Positions 29,071 to 40,422 of a DNA stretch of 64,000 bases are shown piece by piece. A program made the position numbers and the translations under genes. Below the pieces are notes generated by a model that was given only the letters and a program-made list of their open reading frames with translations, did no database searches and was not told where the DNA came from. This DNA is from Thermofilaceae archaeon. GTDB taxonomy: Archaea > Thermoproteota > Thermoprotei > Thermofilales > Thermofilaceae. The stretch's first letter is position 1. Each line of letters starts with the position of its first letter. The DNA is taken from NCBI GenBank assembly GCA_038861545.1, contig JAWCCZ010000001.1, positions 320,001 to 384,000 of the forward strand. Direction: 5' to 3'.

Positions 29071-31548
29071 ATGAAGATCATGCAGTACGGCTATTTTGAT
29101 GATCAGGCGCGTGAGTACGTGATAACGAGGCCGGATATCCCGACGCCTTGGATAAACTATTTGGGTCAGGAGAATTACTTCGCCATGATTTCCAATACTG
29201 CGGGTGGGTACAGCTTCTACAGAGATGCGAGGTATAGGCGCATCACCCGTTATCGTTACAACTCTGTTCCAGCGGATCAGCCGGGGAGATACGTATACAT
29301 GAGGGACGCTGAAACTGGGGAGTACTGGTCTCCTACTTGGCAGCCAGTAAAGCGTACTTTGGATTCATATGAGTGCAGGCACGGTTTAGGGTACTCGAAA
29401 ATAAGTTCAACTTTTCGAGGCATTGAATCGCAAATAACGTATTTCGTACCGCTTAAACAGACGCTAGAGGTTTGGCGACTTAAAGTGGTAAATAAGAGGA
29501 GTAGGCCAGCGGAACTTCAGCTGTTCTCGTATGTGGAATTCTGCTTATGGGACGCCTTAGATGACATGACCAACTTTCAAAGGAATTTTAGCATAGGCGA
29601 AGTTGAAGTAGAGGGTAACGTTATATACCACAAGACGGGTTATAGGGAGCGCCGAAATCATTTCGCTTTCTTCGCTTGCTCAGAGGATTTGGCGGGTTTC
29701 GATACATCCCGAGAGGCTTTCCTCGGACCCTACAGGGGTTTAGAAAACCCAATAGTTGTAGAGGAGGGTAAACCTAGAAACTCTATCGCTCATGGCTGGG
29801 CAGTTATTGGCTCTCACCATTTAACGCTTCAACTCGACTCAGACGAATCGCGTGAGGTGGTGTTCCTTCTCGGTTACGCGGAGAACCCTCCCGGTGAGAA
29901 GTTCGCTGTGCCTAACGTAGTAAATAAGACACATGTAAAAAGGGTGATCAGCGAGTTCCTACAGCTGAGCAGGTTAAATGAAGCTTTAAAAGAGCTGAAT
30001 CAATTTTGGGATAGTCTTCTCTCGAGTATCCAGGTGGATACTCCGGATGTCCACGTTGACAGGATGGTGAACATTTGGAACCAGTACCAGTGCATGGCGA
30101 CGTTTAACTTATCTCGAAGCGCTTCGCTGTACGAGTCGGGCATATCTAGGGGTATAGGTTTTAGGGATTCCAATCAGGATATTCTCGGTTTTGTTCACAT
30201 GATTCCGGATAGAGCACGAGAGCGCATACTGGATCTCGCAGCCACGCAATTACCAGACGGTGGCGCCTACCACCAGTATCAACCCCTTACCAAAAGGGGT
30301 AATAGGGAGATCGGCAGCGGGTTTAACGACGATCCCCTGTGGCTGGTCTTATCTGTAGCAGTCTACATAAAGGAAACGGGCGATTTTTCGATCCTAGATG
30401 AAAAAGTTGTTTACGATAACACTCCCGGTACCGAGCAACCCCTTTACGAGCATCTGGAGAGAGCTTTCAAGTACATTCTTAGCCGGTTGGGACCGCATGG
30501 TTTACCTCTAATAGGTCACGCCGACTGGAACGATTGCCTAAACCTTAACTGCATGTCTACCGTCCCCGAAGAATCTTTCCAAACGGCTCCTGATAGAACC
30601 GACGGTAGAACAGCTGAATCTGTTTTCATCGCGGGACTGTTTACTCTAACTGCTAAAGAGATGGCTAGCATCGCTGAGCGTGTGGGTAAAACTGACGATG
30701 CTGAAAAATACCGCAGGCTAGCCGATGAGATGGCGAAAAGGGTTCTAGAGCACGGCTGGGATGGCGAATGGTTTTTACGCGCTTACGACGCTTTTGGGAA
30801 CAAGGTGGGCTCGAAGGAGTGCGAGGAAGGTCGCATTTACATTGAACCTCAAGGAATTTGCATAATGGCTGGGATAGGCCTAGAAGATGGGAGGGCTATT
30901 AAGGCACTGGATTCGGTGAGAAAGTACCTTGCAACACCTCACGGCATAGTTCTACACCAACCAGCCTATACTCGATATTATGTGCACTTAGGGGAGATCT
31001 CAAGCTATCCGCCTGGATATAAGGAAAATGCGAGTGTATTCTGCCACACGAACCCTTGGATAATGATCGCAGAAACCATTGTTGGGCGCGGTGACTATGC
31101 ATTCGACTACTATAAAAGGATATGCCCCTCAGTGAGGGAAGCGATAAGCCATATTCACCGGTGTGAGCCCTACGTTTACGCGCAAATGATAGCAGGACCC
31201 GACGCACCAACTTATGGTGAGGCTAAAAACTCTTGGTTAACCGGGACCGCTGCCTGGAACTTTGTAGCTGCCACTCAATGGATCCTCGGGATAAGACCGG
31301 GTTACGACGGGTTGGTGGTCGACCCTTGCATACCGAAGGAATGGTCTGGGTTCAAAGTAACACGCGTCTTTCGAGGAGCGAAGTACATTATAGAGGTTAG
31401 GAACGATGAGCACGTAAACCATGGAGTTAAGCAGGTGTTCGTGGATGGGAGGCCGATCGAAGGTAACGTGCTACCCGTTTTTAGCGATGAGGCTACGCAC
31501 CATGTATTAGTGTTAATGGGGCAAACAGCAAAGACTATGTGTAAATAA
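29071..31548 (+). CDS. GH94 cellobiose phosphorylase-like glycoside phosphorylase
   Basis: [28 protein letters not shown], catalytic [22 protein letters not shown]. Confidence 0.92.
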   Translation: MKIMQYGYFDDQAREYVITRPDIPTPWINYLGQENYFAMISNTAGGYSFYRDARYRRITRYRYNSVPADQPGRYVYMRDAETGEYWSPTWQPVKRTLDSYECRHGLGYSKISSTFRGIESQITYFVPLKQTLEVWRLKVVNKRSRPAELQLFSYVEFCLWDALDDMTNFQRNFSIGEVEVEGNVIYHKTGYRERRNHFAFFACSEDLAGFDTSREAFLGPYRGLENPIVVEEGKPRNSIAHGWAVIGSHHLTLQLDSDESREVVFLLGYAENPPGEKFAVPNVVNKTHVKRVISEFLQLSRLNEALKELNQFWDSLLSSIQVDTPDVHVDRMVNIWNQYQCMATFNLSRSASLYESGISRGIGFRDSNQDILGFVHMIPDRARERILDLAATQLPDGGAYHQYQPLTKRGNREIGSGFNDDPLWLVLSVAVYIKETGDFSILDEKVVYDNTPGTEQPLYEHLERAFKYILSRLGPHGLPLIGHADWNDCLNLNCMSTVPEESFQTAPDRTDGRTAESVFIAGLFTLTAKEMASIAERVGKTDDAEKYRRLADEMAKRVLEHGWDGEWFLRAYDAFGNKVGSKECEEGRIYIEPQGICIMAGIGLEDGRAIKALDSVRKYLATPHGIVLHQPAYTRYYVHLGEISSYPPGYKENASVFCHTNPWIMIAETIVGRGDYAFDYYKRICPSVREAISHIHRCEPYVYAQMIAGPDAPTYGEAKNSWLTGTAAWNFVAATQWILGIRPGYDGLVVDPCIPKEWSGFKVTRVFRGAKYIIEVRNDEHVNHGVKQVFVDGRPIEGNVLPVFSDEATHHVLVLMGQTAKTMCK

Positions 31549-31565
31549 TTAGTAAGAGCGGAATT

Positions 31566-31619
31566 CCATCAGACTATTAATTTTCATCATTTTTTCAGAT
31601 AAGAAATCTTTTCTCCTGG
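31566..31619 (-). ncRNA. Candidate C/D-box sRNA with a degenerate box C
   Basis: Minus strand: CCA-GGAGAAA-N11-CTGA-AAAA-ATGATGA-N11-CTGA-TGG; 54 nt, intergenic. Confidence 0.35.
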
Positions 31620-31663
31620 TCTTGCTGTAGAAAAACTTTAATGCATGTTTTTCAATAATCCCT

Positions 31664-32377
31664 ATGTCAGTTGAAGCGTACAACGGCTTAGTTCGGCTGC
31701 GCACTGCCGCGGCCTTGAGCGTTATAGCTTCGCTTTTCGGGCTGTTGTCTCAAGCTGTCGGGTTTTCTTTATCAGGGTCAGCAGCGCTCGGAGAATTGTT
31801 TCCAGCGGTTGCTATGCTTATGGCAGTAGGAGTTTTAATGATTATTTTAGGTATTGCTACATGGGTTCTAAAAGTGATGGGTTGGGGTAGCTTATGTAAG
31901 GCTCGGTTGCGAAAGTTTTACTGTCTAACAAGGCTTATCGTGCTTGGAGCCCCTATTGTCGGTGTGATTCTCATCATAGCTGGAGTTTTAACCACATTTA
32001 TCGAAGTTTTCTCGAGTATAGCTTCAGGTCCAGAGCTATCTCTCCTTGATGAGAAGATTATAGCCAGCATAAGCGGATACATTATAGCTGGAGCAGTGAT
32101 TATGGCTGCGGGTAACGTGTTCGAGGGTGTAGCTTCTCTTGATCTAGGATTCTCAACGAAGGAAAATGTGTTAATAGTAGGCTCACTACTTTACCTGGTA
32201 TCGGTTACGGTATCGGTTTTATCTCAAGTGAGCCGAGAGCTTGGGATTATAAGCCCTATAGTTTCATTAGCAGGCAATGTTTTTCTCGTCGCGGGGTATC
32301 ATACCGCTAAGAAGCATTTTATCGTCTCTTCACCGCAAACTGCTGCGGCTACAGTAGCTCAAGGAAGCGGCGGTTGA
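31664..32377 (+). CDS. Polytopic membrane protein (DUF973-like)
   Basis: About 6 TM helices; stop codon 1 nt before sppA. Confidence 0.6.
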   Translation: MSVEAYNGLVRLRTAAALSVIASLFGLLSQAVGFSLSGSAALGELFPAVAMLMAVGVLMIILGIATWVLKVMGWGSLCKARLRKFYCLTRLIVLGAPIVGVILIIAGVLTTFIEVFSSIASGPELSLLDEKIIASISGYIIAGAVIMAAGNVFEGVASLDLGFSTKENVLIVGSLLYLVSVTVSVLSQVSRELGIISPIVSLAGNVFLVAGYHTAKKHFIVSSPQTAAATVAQGSGG

Positions 32378-32378
32378 C

Positions 32379-33317
32379 ATGGAGTTAAATGAAAAGAAAC
32401 TCATAGCTATAAGCGTAGTCATACTCACACTCATCGCAGCGCTGGCTTTCTTATTGGCTCAGGCTACACTACCAGAATCGCAGTTCACACCATCTACGGG
32501 TTACATTGCCGTGATTAAAATTGAGGGGACAATCGCATACCAGACTTCTCAGTTGACGCTCTTCGGTGCTGCGTCAAACCCTGACAGTATATCCGACTTG
32601 ATCGATCGTGCGCGGAAAGATAATTTTGCAAAAGCAGTGGTTCTCTGCATTGATAGCCCAGGCGGGTCAGCTGCCGCCTCAGAGGCTTTGTATTTTAAAG
32701 TAAAGGAGCTTGCGAGCTCAAAACCTGTGGTAGCATTTATTCGGGAATACGGGACTTCTGGAGCGTATATGGTAGCGCTTCCATCTAAATTCATAATAGC
32801 GGCTAATAGCAGTATCGTCGGTTCAGTGGGAGTCTATACCTCTGTGCTCACCTACAATAGCCTTTTAGAAAAACTTGGCGTGAAGGTATATGTCTATAAG
32901 TCCGGCGAGCTGAAGGATATTGGTTCACCTTACAGAGAGCCAACGCAAGAAGAGATGGAAATTTTCGAGAAAATGGTTTCCGAGATCTTCTCCTCTTTTA
33001 AGGAACGCGTCCTAGCCCACAGGAATATAACCAACTCAGACGAGGTTTTTAGCGGGAGACCATTTACAGCTAGGGAGGCTTTAAAGCTAGGTCTAGTGGA
33101 TCGCGTTGGAACATATAATGATGCAATAGCTTTAGCACGGAATCTAGCAGGACTACCTGCAGATACTCCAGTACGCGAGCTTACTCCCCCGAGACCAGGG
33201 CTACTTCAACTCTTACTGAGTGGTATTTCCTACTATCAGAAGCCACCAGTTGTACCGAGCGTCGAAATTTTAACCGTCTGGCCTCCCCTTACAGGTCTTC
33301 AAGCTTTTCCAGACTAG
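32379..33317 (+). CDS. sppA: Signal peptide peptidase SppA (peptidase S49)
   Basis: IDSPGGS, TSGAY, VGSVGV, KSGELKD. Confidence 0.92.
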   Translation: MELNEKKLIAISVVILTLIAALAFLLAQATLPESQFTPSTGYIAVIKIEGTIAYQTSQLTLFGAASNPDSISDLIDRARKDNFAKAVVLCIDSPGGSAAASEALYFKVKELASSKPVVAFIREYGTSGAYMVALPSKFIIAANSSIVGSVGVYTSVLTYNSLLEKLGVKVYVYKSGELKDIGSPYREPTQEEMEIFEKMVSEIFSSFKERVLAHRNITNSDEVFSGRPFTAREALKLGLVDRVGTYNDAIALARNLAGLPADTPVRELTPPRPGLLQLLLSGISYYQKPPVVPSVEILTVWPPLTGLQAFPD

Positions 33318-34011
33318 CCAGTAACCTCGAAGGCATGAAGTTAGAGCGAAGCAAAGCTTCGCCGTATGTAGCTCCGATAAGGTATCCCCTAATCTTTGCT
33401 AACCCTTCAACATAATTTAATATGTCCCCGAGTACAGATATCTGAGATTCATAGCAACGAAGTGCTTCTGTTTTCCTCTGGAAAGTTTGAGTTATATCAG
33501 TTATGTGTGTGGGCCGAGTAAAGAGCTCAAAAATCTCGTAGAAGAACAGCGCTTCACCCCTCCAGGGTTGACCCAAGTCTACTAGAACATTTTCTGAAGC
33601 TTTCCACCATGCTTCCTCGACGATCTGTGAAACCGCCCTGTGATCCCTATGTTTATCCTCATAGTAGTGAGTAAAGATAGCAAAAGGTTTGACCTGCCGA
33701 ATCAATCTTACTACACGTTGATAGATGGCGCGGTCATTGATAACGCCTTGGGTAGGTATACCCAAGCCTATCCGCTCCTTTATACCTAAAGTTTTATCGG
33801 CAGCTTCAGCTTCACGCCTTCTCATTTCTTCAATTTTTACTTTCCACTCCACTTGAGAATACCCTGTGTCACCCCACTCAGCTTGTTTACTCCAACAGAA
33901 AGTAACCACGTAGACCTCGTAGCCTACTTCGCTTAATAGCGCTATTGTACCGCCCAATCCTATTGTCTCATCATCCGAATGGGCACCAAAGACCATTATT
34001 CTTTTTGTCAA
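33289..34011 (-). CDS. PIG-L/LmbE-family deacetylase
   Basis: AHSDDE, RRREA, HRDH. Confidence 0.9.
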   Translation of the reverse strand: MTKRIMVFGAHSDDETIGLGGTIALLSEVGYEVYVVTFCWSKQAEWGDTGYSQVEWKVKIEEMRRREAEAADKTLGIKERIGLGIPTQGVINDRAIYQRVVRLIRQVKPFAIFTHYYEDKHRDHRAVSQIVEEAWWKASENVLVDLGQPWRGEALFFYEIFELFTRPTHITDITQTFQRKTEALRCYESQISVLGDILNYVEGLAKIRGYLIGATYGEALLRSNFMPSRLLASLEKLEDL

Positions 34012-34128
34012 ACTGGAACCCCGGTTAGTGAAAATTATCGGAATTTATACTTCATTCTTTAGGGCTTTGATTAAGTGCGCGGTCAAGTGTTAAACGTTTA
34101 TTAGGTACCAGGCTGCAAAATGTGCTAA

Positions 34129-35886
34129 GTGGTTATGAGTAACAACCCCTTCGCCGAGACTGAGCTTTACCGTAGGGTATCCCAAAGACTAATAGGAAGA
34201 ATTAAAGAAGTGAGTGTCGTCTTAGCAGCTCTCGCAGCGGGTAAAAATATCCTTCTATTGGGACCACCAGGCACGTCTAAATCAACACTGCTTAAGGTAA
34301 TCGCGGAGGAATCAAATGTGCCTTTTTTGTAGTGGAAGGCTCCGCTGACTTAACGCCACAAAAGCTTGTAGGGATTTTTAACCCGGCTAAAGTTATGGAG
34401 CAAGGCTTTAAACCGGAGTTCTTCGAACCAGGTCCTCTTATTCAGGCTATGGTATCCGGCGGTCTTCTCTACATTGAGGAGTTTAATAGGATGCCTGAGG
34501 ATGCCGCAAACGTGCCTATAAGGGCTGCCGAAGAAGGCGAGATCTCAGTACCTAGGTTGGGGACCATAAGGGCGAAACCGGTTTTCAGGATTGTGTGCGC
34601 GATGAACCCGTATGATGACGTTGGGACAAGCAGAGTGAGTAGGGCTCTTCTTGATCGTTTTGTGATGTTACGTATGGACTATCAGAGTAGAGAGGAGGAG
34701 ATTGAAATAGTTAAACGGAAGACAGCTTCTCGCTTTGAGTGGTTGGTTCAGCTAGCGGTAGACCTAGCAAGGGCGACTAGGGATCATCCAGCCGTGCGAA
34801 TGGGGTCTTCGGTAAGAGGCGCTATTGACATGGTTCTCATAACTGAGCAGCTGATCCGGCTTAAAGGTGTAATTGTTCGTGAGGATCTGAGAACTACGGC
34901 ACGCATGGCTTTTTCCCCAAAAATATGGTTGAAAGATCCTACACGAAACCCGGAAAACATAATAGACGAACTTTTTGACCGCATGTTTGGAAGTGTAACT
35001 TTTAAGCAGGAAAATAATGGGAGTTCCCAGTTTGAAGAAGGTAAGAAATCCAACGATTTCACAGAGCTTTTCAAAGGCTCGCCCCAAAGAGTAGCGCTTG
35101 AATTGTTGGAAGATCCCAACTTAATTCAAGCAATGAAGGGTTTAGGTGTAAAAAGGCTTAGAGGCTATAAGTAAAGCTCTCCCCTTTCTTTCAAGCTCCC
35201 TTCGGAATGAAGCGAGAAGTATAGCGTGCGAGTTGATGGTTAAGTTATCCCAAGGCTATGCTGGAAAAAAGAGCTTAAGCAGAGCTGCCTGGAACGATGG
35301 GCTGGTTGACATTGATGTAGAGAAAACTCTCGAGAACGTGCTTGAATCACGCCTAAGGACGCCTGAACAAGTCGCAACGTTCGCGATGAGGAGAAGAGGA
35401 GTGGCCTACGCGCTGCTAGTAGATCATAGTTCTTCGATGAATGGGTTTAAGCTGTTACTAGGGGCCTTCATAGGTTCAGTGCTAGCCTACTCGGCCAGTA
35501 GAGTTCACGATTACTGTGTCTTAGCCTTTAACACAGAGGTTGAAATTTTAAAGCATTTACGTGAGAGGAGGGATCCGGAAAGCGTAGTAACATCAATTCT
35601 CGCGCTAGATGCTGAGGGCTACACGGATATCTATAAAGCTCTTGAAGCAGCCCGTTTTGAGCTGTTAAGCGCTGGATACGAGCCACGGGCGATACTCGTC
35701 ACCGATGCTGAGTGGACGGCGGGAGAGAGCCCTTTAAAAGTGGCTCCAATGTTCAGGGAACTTAACGTAGTATGTGTTCCGAGTAAATGGGTTGGCTTCG
35801 CTAAAACGATAGCCGAGCTGGGCAGAGGGTCGTTTACCCTTATTAGGTCTATTGAAGAAGTTCCAGAAAAACTAGGATTCTTGTAG
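34129..35886 (+). CDS. MoxR AAA+ ATPase fused to a VWA domain, interrupted by two homopolymer frameshifts
   Basis: Walker A GPPGTSKS, YIEEFNR, MNP, ALLDRF, VWA MIDAS DHSSSM. Adding one T to the T6 run at 34323 and removing one A from the A5 run at 35150 joins the three ORFs into one. Confidence 0.8.
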
Positions 35887-36008
35887 TCATCGCAGCTACT
35901 ACAAACCGACTGCACAAGATCCTCAGTACAGAAGGTTAGTTGTTCTAACTTAGTAACCGAGTCCTCAAGAAAATAGATAACCATTTAATCGGAAGCCCCG
36001 TTGAAGCT

Positions 36009-37025
36009 TTGATGAAACCCAAAGTATTCGTAACAAGGCAAATACCACACGAAGGGTTGAACCTTATTTCCAAGTACTACGAAGTAGAAGTCTGGGATTA
36101 TTATACTCCGCCGCCTCGGGGAATTCTTCTCGAGAAAACTAAGGAAATTGATGCACTAATAAGCCTGCTCACAGATAAGGTTGATAAGGAGTTACTTGAT
36201 CATTCGACTAGGTTAAGGATAATAGCGCAGTACGCTGTGGGCTACGATAATATTGATATAGAGTCCGCTACTCGAAGAGGGGTATATGTCACCAACACGC
36301 CAGGAGTTTTAACTGATGCAACAGCAGACCTAGCATGGGCTCTCCTTCTCGCAACAGCTAGGAGAGTAGTAGAAGCTGATAGGTTCGTTAGGGAAGGTAA
36401 TTATTGGCGTACTGGAACTGGTTGGCACCCGATGATGATGCTTGGCTACCACGTTACTGGTAAAACTTTAGGGATTATCGGGATGGGTAGGATAGGACAA
36501 GCAGTGGCTAAACGAGCGAAAGGCTTCGAAATGAAGATCTTATACTACCAAAGACATCGATTGCCAGAAGAGTTGGAGTATGAGTTAAGCGCAAAGTACG
36601 TTGGCCTTGACACTTTATTACAGGAGAGCGATTTCATAACTATTCATGTTCCTCTTACCAAGGAGACATATCACATGATTGGAGAACACCAGCTTCGCTT
36701 GATGAAGCCTACTGCTATTTTAGTTAACACTGCTAGGGGAGCCGTGATCGACACTGATGCTCTTATCAGAGCTTTAAAGGAAGGTTGGATCGCAGCTGCT
36801 GGCTTAGATGTGTTCGAAGAGGAACCACTTTCCCCAGATCATCCTCTTGCCCAGCTTAACAACGTTGTGCTGGCACCGCATATAGGCAGTGCTACGCATG
36901 AGACTAGGAGGAAGATGGCCGAAATTGTAGCACAAAACCTCATTGCATTCTATAAAGGGGAAGTTCCACCCAATTTAGTGAATAAAGAGGTTATAAATTA
37001 CAGCCCACCCGGTTTTAAATTATAA
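36009..37025 (+). CDS. gyaR: Glyoxylate reductase (D-2-hydroxyacid dehydrogenase)
   Basis: [34 protein letters not shown]. Confidence 0.88.
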   Translation: MMKPKVFVTRQIPHEGLNLISKYYEVEVWDYYTPPPRGILLEKTKEIDALISLLTDKVDKELLDHSTRLRIIAQYAVGYDNIDIESATRRGVYVTNTPGVLTDATADLAWALLLATARRVVEADRFVREGNYWRTGTGWHPMMMLGYHVTGKTLGIIGMGRIGQAVAKRAKGFEMKILYYQRHRLPEELEYELSAKYVGLDTLLQESDFITIHVPLTKETYHMIGEHQLRLMKPTAILVNTARGAVIDTDALIRALKEGWIAAAGLDVFEEEPLSPDHPLAQLNNVVLAPHIGSATHETRRKMAEIVAQNLIAFYKGEVPPNLVNKEVINYSPPGFKL

Positions 37026-37032
37026 AAATTAT

Positions 37033-38724
37033 TTAGACAATAATTGTTTGCAGGAATTCCTCAACACTTAAGGGGGCTGAGCTTAGATCTAAACCAAGTT
37101 TGAGATAAAGCCTGAGGGTTTGAGGCATTACAAGCCTACCTTCCTCTGCGCTTTTAGAAAGCATTACCTCTCTTGGAGACCCTTCAGCGATAACCAATCC
37201 GTTTTTCATGACTACAAGACGATTAGCATAGCGCGCGAATAGTGGAACAGAATGTGTTATGACAACTACAGCTCTTCCCTCATCTGCGAGTTTTCTAAGC
37301 ATTGAAGCAAGTGTTTCGCTAAACTTCATATCTTGACCTGTTGTTGGTTCATCGACGATTAGAACTTTAGGATTTAAGGCATACACGGAGGCTAACGCTA
37401 ATCTTCTCTTTTCGCCTTTACTCAGAAAGAAGGGATGCTCGTTCTCTAATCCAGTCAATCCGAAAAGTTTCAGAGCTTCCTCTACTCTCCTTTTAATTTC
37501 CTCATCTGAGAGTTTCCTGAGCCTTAACCCGAAAGCTATTTCTTCATGAACGGTTTTATTGAAAATCTGGTGATCCGGATTCTGGTACACGTAACTAACC
37601 AGCGAGGATAGTTGAAGCCTATCATACTCATCCAACTTTTTACCCAGCAGCTCGATTTTACCGCTTGTAGGTTGAAGCAAACCGCACATGGCTTTCGCCA
37701 GTGTCGTTTTTCCACTACCGTTAGGTCCTACAAGCGCTATCAGCTCGCCACTGTGCACCTCTAACGATGCACCCCGCAAAGCTTTAACACCATTAGGGTA
37801 TGCATAATGTACATCTATACATTTTAGGAGAACCTCTCTGAGCTGTTTATCCTCCATTTTTTCGGATTTTCTCACTCCTTTAACTAAATCTTTCAGGGTT
37901 TGAGCTACCTGTTCGAACCTATACATGTTTGAATTTAATCCCAATTTAGCAGCGATTTCCGCAGCTTCAGGCGGGTAAACGCCGTTTTCTCTTAACTCGC
38001 TGAACCTCGTTAATATTGATCCAGGGTCACCCTCCATTACTACGCGGCCGTTACCTAGAACCGCAACCCGGTCCGCGAATTCGGCGACGTGCTCTGACTC
38101 ATGATCAATTAAAATTATAGTTGTATCCAACTCGTCCCTAAGTCTCCTGATAGCCGATACAACTTCCTCCTTACCCACTGGATCCAAGTCCGATGTTGGC
38201 TCGTCAAGAACTAACACCTCCGGCTCTCGAGCGAGCGCTGTAGCTATTGCAACCCTTTGCTTTTCTCCGCCTGAAAGCTGAAGGGGGGATCTACCCAAGA
38301 AATCATTTGAAAGACCAACTAACTCTAAACTCCACGTAATTCTGTCCTTTATATCATCTCTATGTAACCCTAGAGGCTCCAATGCCAGTACAATCTCGTC
38401 CTCAACAGTGCTCATGACGAACTGTATCTCCGGGTCTTCAAAGACTATCGCTACTTTTCTAGCTAACTCAGTGACATCGCTTGACAGCGTATTTTCGCCG
38501 AAGATTTCAACTTTACCCTTAAACTCCCCTGGAATTCTTTGAGGTATAATTCCACTAATCGTCAGCGCCAACGTAGTCTTACCGGCCCCCGAGTGTCCCA
38601 TTATTGCAAAGAACTCTCCCTTTTCAACCTCTAGGCCCGCTCCCTTAAGCGCGTAATCTGATCTTCCTACATACCTCCACCATACGTCTTCAACGCGAAC
38701 AGCTTTCATGCTACCCACCACCAT
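37033..38724 (-). CDS. ECF transporter fused double ATPase (A-A')
   Basis: Two Walker A motifs (GHSGAGKT, GPNGSGKT); LSGGEKQR and LSKGEKRR. Confidence 0.9.
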   Translation of the reverse strand: MVVGSMKAVRVEDVWWRYVGRSDYALKGAGLEVEKGEFFAIMGHSGAGKTTLALTISGIIPQRIPGEFKGKVEIFGENTLSSDVTELARKVAIVFEDPEIQFVMSTVEDEIVLALEPLGLHRDDIKDRITWSLELVGLSNDFLGRSPLQLSGGEKQRVAIATALAREPEVLVLDEPTSDLDPVGKEEVVSAIRRLRDELDTTIILIDHESEHVAEFADRVAVLGNGRVVMEGDPGSILTRFSELRENGVYPPEAAEIAAKLGLNSNMYRFEQVAQTLKDLVKGVRKSEKMEDKQLREVLLKCIDVHYAYPNGVKALRGASLEVHSGELIALVGPNGSGKTTLAKAMCGLLQPTSGKIELLGKKLDEYDRLQLSSLVSYVYQNPDHQIFNKTVHEEIAFGLRLRKLSDEEIKRRVEEALKLFGLTGLENEHPFFLSKGEKRRLALASVYALNPKVLIVDEPTTGQDMKFSETLASMLRKLADEGRAVVVITHSVPLFARYANRLVVMKNGLVIAEGSPREVMLSKSAEEGRLVMPQTLRLYLKLGLDLSSAPLSVEEFLQTIIV

Positions 38725-39533
38725 ACAGCGTAAACTATTGATAAAAGTACCGAGACCACTATTACTAGGTAATCTTTATGCTTAAGGAAGTACTCATGAT
38801 ATGTTGACGAAGCCCTGCTACTAGGAGCTATACCTCTTGATTCAAGAGCCAGGGAAACCTCAAAGCTTCTTGTAATCATCAGCGATAAAAGAGGAATTAG
38901 AGCGTTAACATATAGAAGGAACCTCTTGGCTAGCGGTGTCTTTGCAAACTCTATACCCCTAGCCATCATAGCCTCTCTGACAGTGTAAAAGTCAGATACG
39001 AACATCTGGATTCCTCTAAAGAATAGTGAGGCAGCTACACATGCACCAAGGGGGAGTTTTAATGATCTGAGACCCCATACTAAATCTCGATCAGTTAACG
39101 TAGCAAGCAGTAACGTAGCTGAGAGAACCATAGCGAAGATTCTTAACACAAAAACGGTCGCATACATAAGCCCGGAGTCCGTAATCCGGATCTTCCATTC
39201 AAAGACACCTTTTTCCGCGTGAACACTCCACAGAACTGCCTCATAAAGCGGCCGTCCAGGTATATATGTGAACAACGAAAAAGTTAACACTATAAAAGCG
39301 CTCATACTAACTATCACCGCAATATACCTGTTTAGAGTTGACAGAGAAATACCAGCAGCGAAGCAAGATGCAGCGGCAATTAAGACTATGCTAAGAGCCG
39401 AAAGGGGGTCTTTTACAAATAAAATTGCAACAGATATAGAAAAAGGTAATGAAAATTTAGAAATAACATGCAAATTCATGTACCAGAATGATTTACTTTC
39501 TACACCTGCTAGTTCTCCTAGAATTGTTGGCAT
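38706..39533 (-). CDS. ECF transporter T component
   Basis: AMMARG and ALESRG motifs; TM helices. Confidence 0.9.
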   Translation of the reverse strand: MPTILGELAGVESKSFWYMNLHVISKFSLPFSISVAILFVKDPLSALSIVLIAAASCFAAGISLSTLNRYIAVIVSMSAFIVLTFSLFTYIPGRPLYEAVLWSVHAEKGVFEWKIRITDSGLMYATVFVLRIFAMVLSATLLLATLTDRDLVWGLRSLKLPLGACVAASLFFRGIQMFVSDFYTVREAMMARGIEFAKTPLAKRFLLYVNALIPLLSLMITRSFEVSLALESRGIAPSSRASSTYHEYFLKHKDYLVIVVSVLLSIVYAVWWWVA

Positions 39534-39536
39534 TAG

Positions 39537-40334
39537 CTATAGCCACCATCCCCTGACTAGCAGGCCGGTCCGCTTAAATACTGGAGTTAACGCGACGAGT
39601 AACGCTGTACCTAGAGCTGAGAGCACGATTAAGTCGCCTAGAACCCAACCGACAAAAACCGGCCAGAACAAGTCAGCTGGAAGCGGTGGCGGTACATTCC
39701 ACAACGTTAGGGAGCCGGCCCCCCATATCCCGCTGCAGATAGCCGAGCCGATAATGCCGCCTATTATCTGGGCTATCCAAGTTTTCGCGTGGCCAGCTAG
39801 CAGGCCCATCAATATGCCGATAGCAGCTAGCACGGTACCTAAGTATACGAGGGCTACATAAGCTGTGGTGAATGGTTCGCCGTAATACTGTCCCCATAGT
39901 ACTTGGATTACCACGCCAACTAGAATAAAGATTGAGCCCGTGGAGATGAATACGGGTAGGAGTTTGGCAGCTAAAGGTCTTTTAGCCGTGAAATCCGGAT
40001 CTACTTTCAAGGCCCTGAAGACTAGTGCAGGAACGAATGCCTCGATAAAGTCTGCCCAAGACCATATGAATGATTGGAGTGGAGTATAACCGCTGGGATA
40101 TAAACCTAGGAAGAAGCAGCTGATATAGCCGGCCAGACAACCCCACATGCCCATCCAGACTCCTAGGGGGACATAGATAGCCGCTGCTACATAGAGTGCC
40201 GATACTCCTGGGGCTCCAAGCACAGGGAATATCATGCTCGAGATTACTGCTAGTACATACGAAATCGCTGTTGCGAAAGCGAAAGTCACAATATGCATCC
40301 AGCTTAATCTACGTTTAACAACATTTTTTTCCAT
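39537..40334 (-). CDS. ECF transporter substrate-binding S component (substrate unknown)
   Basis: Hydrophobic; first gene of an S-T-AA operon; GWVLGD motif. Confidence 0.7.
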   Translation of the reverse strand: MEKNVVKRRLSWMHIVTFAFATAISYVLAVISSMIFPVLGAPGVSALYVAAAIYVPLGVWMGMWGCLAGYISCFFLGLYPSGYTPLQSFIWSWADFIEAFVPALVFRALKVDPDFTAKRPLAAKLLPVFISTGSIFILVGVVIQVLWGQYYGEPFTTAYVALVYLGTVLAAIGILMGLLAGHAKTWIAQIIGGIIGSAICSGIWGAGSLTLWNVPPPLPADLFWPVFVGWVLGDLIVLSALGTALLVALTPVFKRTGLLVRGWWL

Positions 40335-40352
40335 GTTTTTTCGAGCGCTGGT

Positions 40353-40414
40353 CTTGATAAATACTTAAATTTGTTTCGTTGATACAAAATGTATTTTAAT
40401 CAGAAATTATCAAG
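40353..40414. promoter_or_regulatory. Inverted CTTGATAA boxes in a divergent promoter region
   Basis: CTTGATAA (40353-40360), TTGATA (40379-40384), TTATCAAG (40407-40414). Confidence 0.45.
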
Positions 40415-40422
40415 TTTTACTA

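Noticed and set aside
34329-34331. TAG or TGA read-through as an explanation for the split genes (also TGA at 53914)
   Set aside because: At 34329 the downstream coding sequence is in a different frame. At 53914 the TGA is in frame, but a one-base change in the adjacent A7 run explains it more simply, matching the other homopolymer indels.
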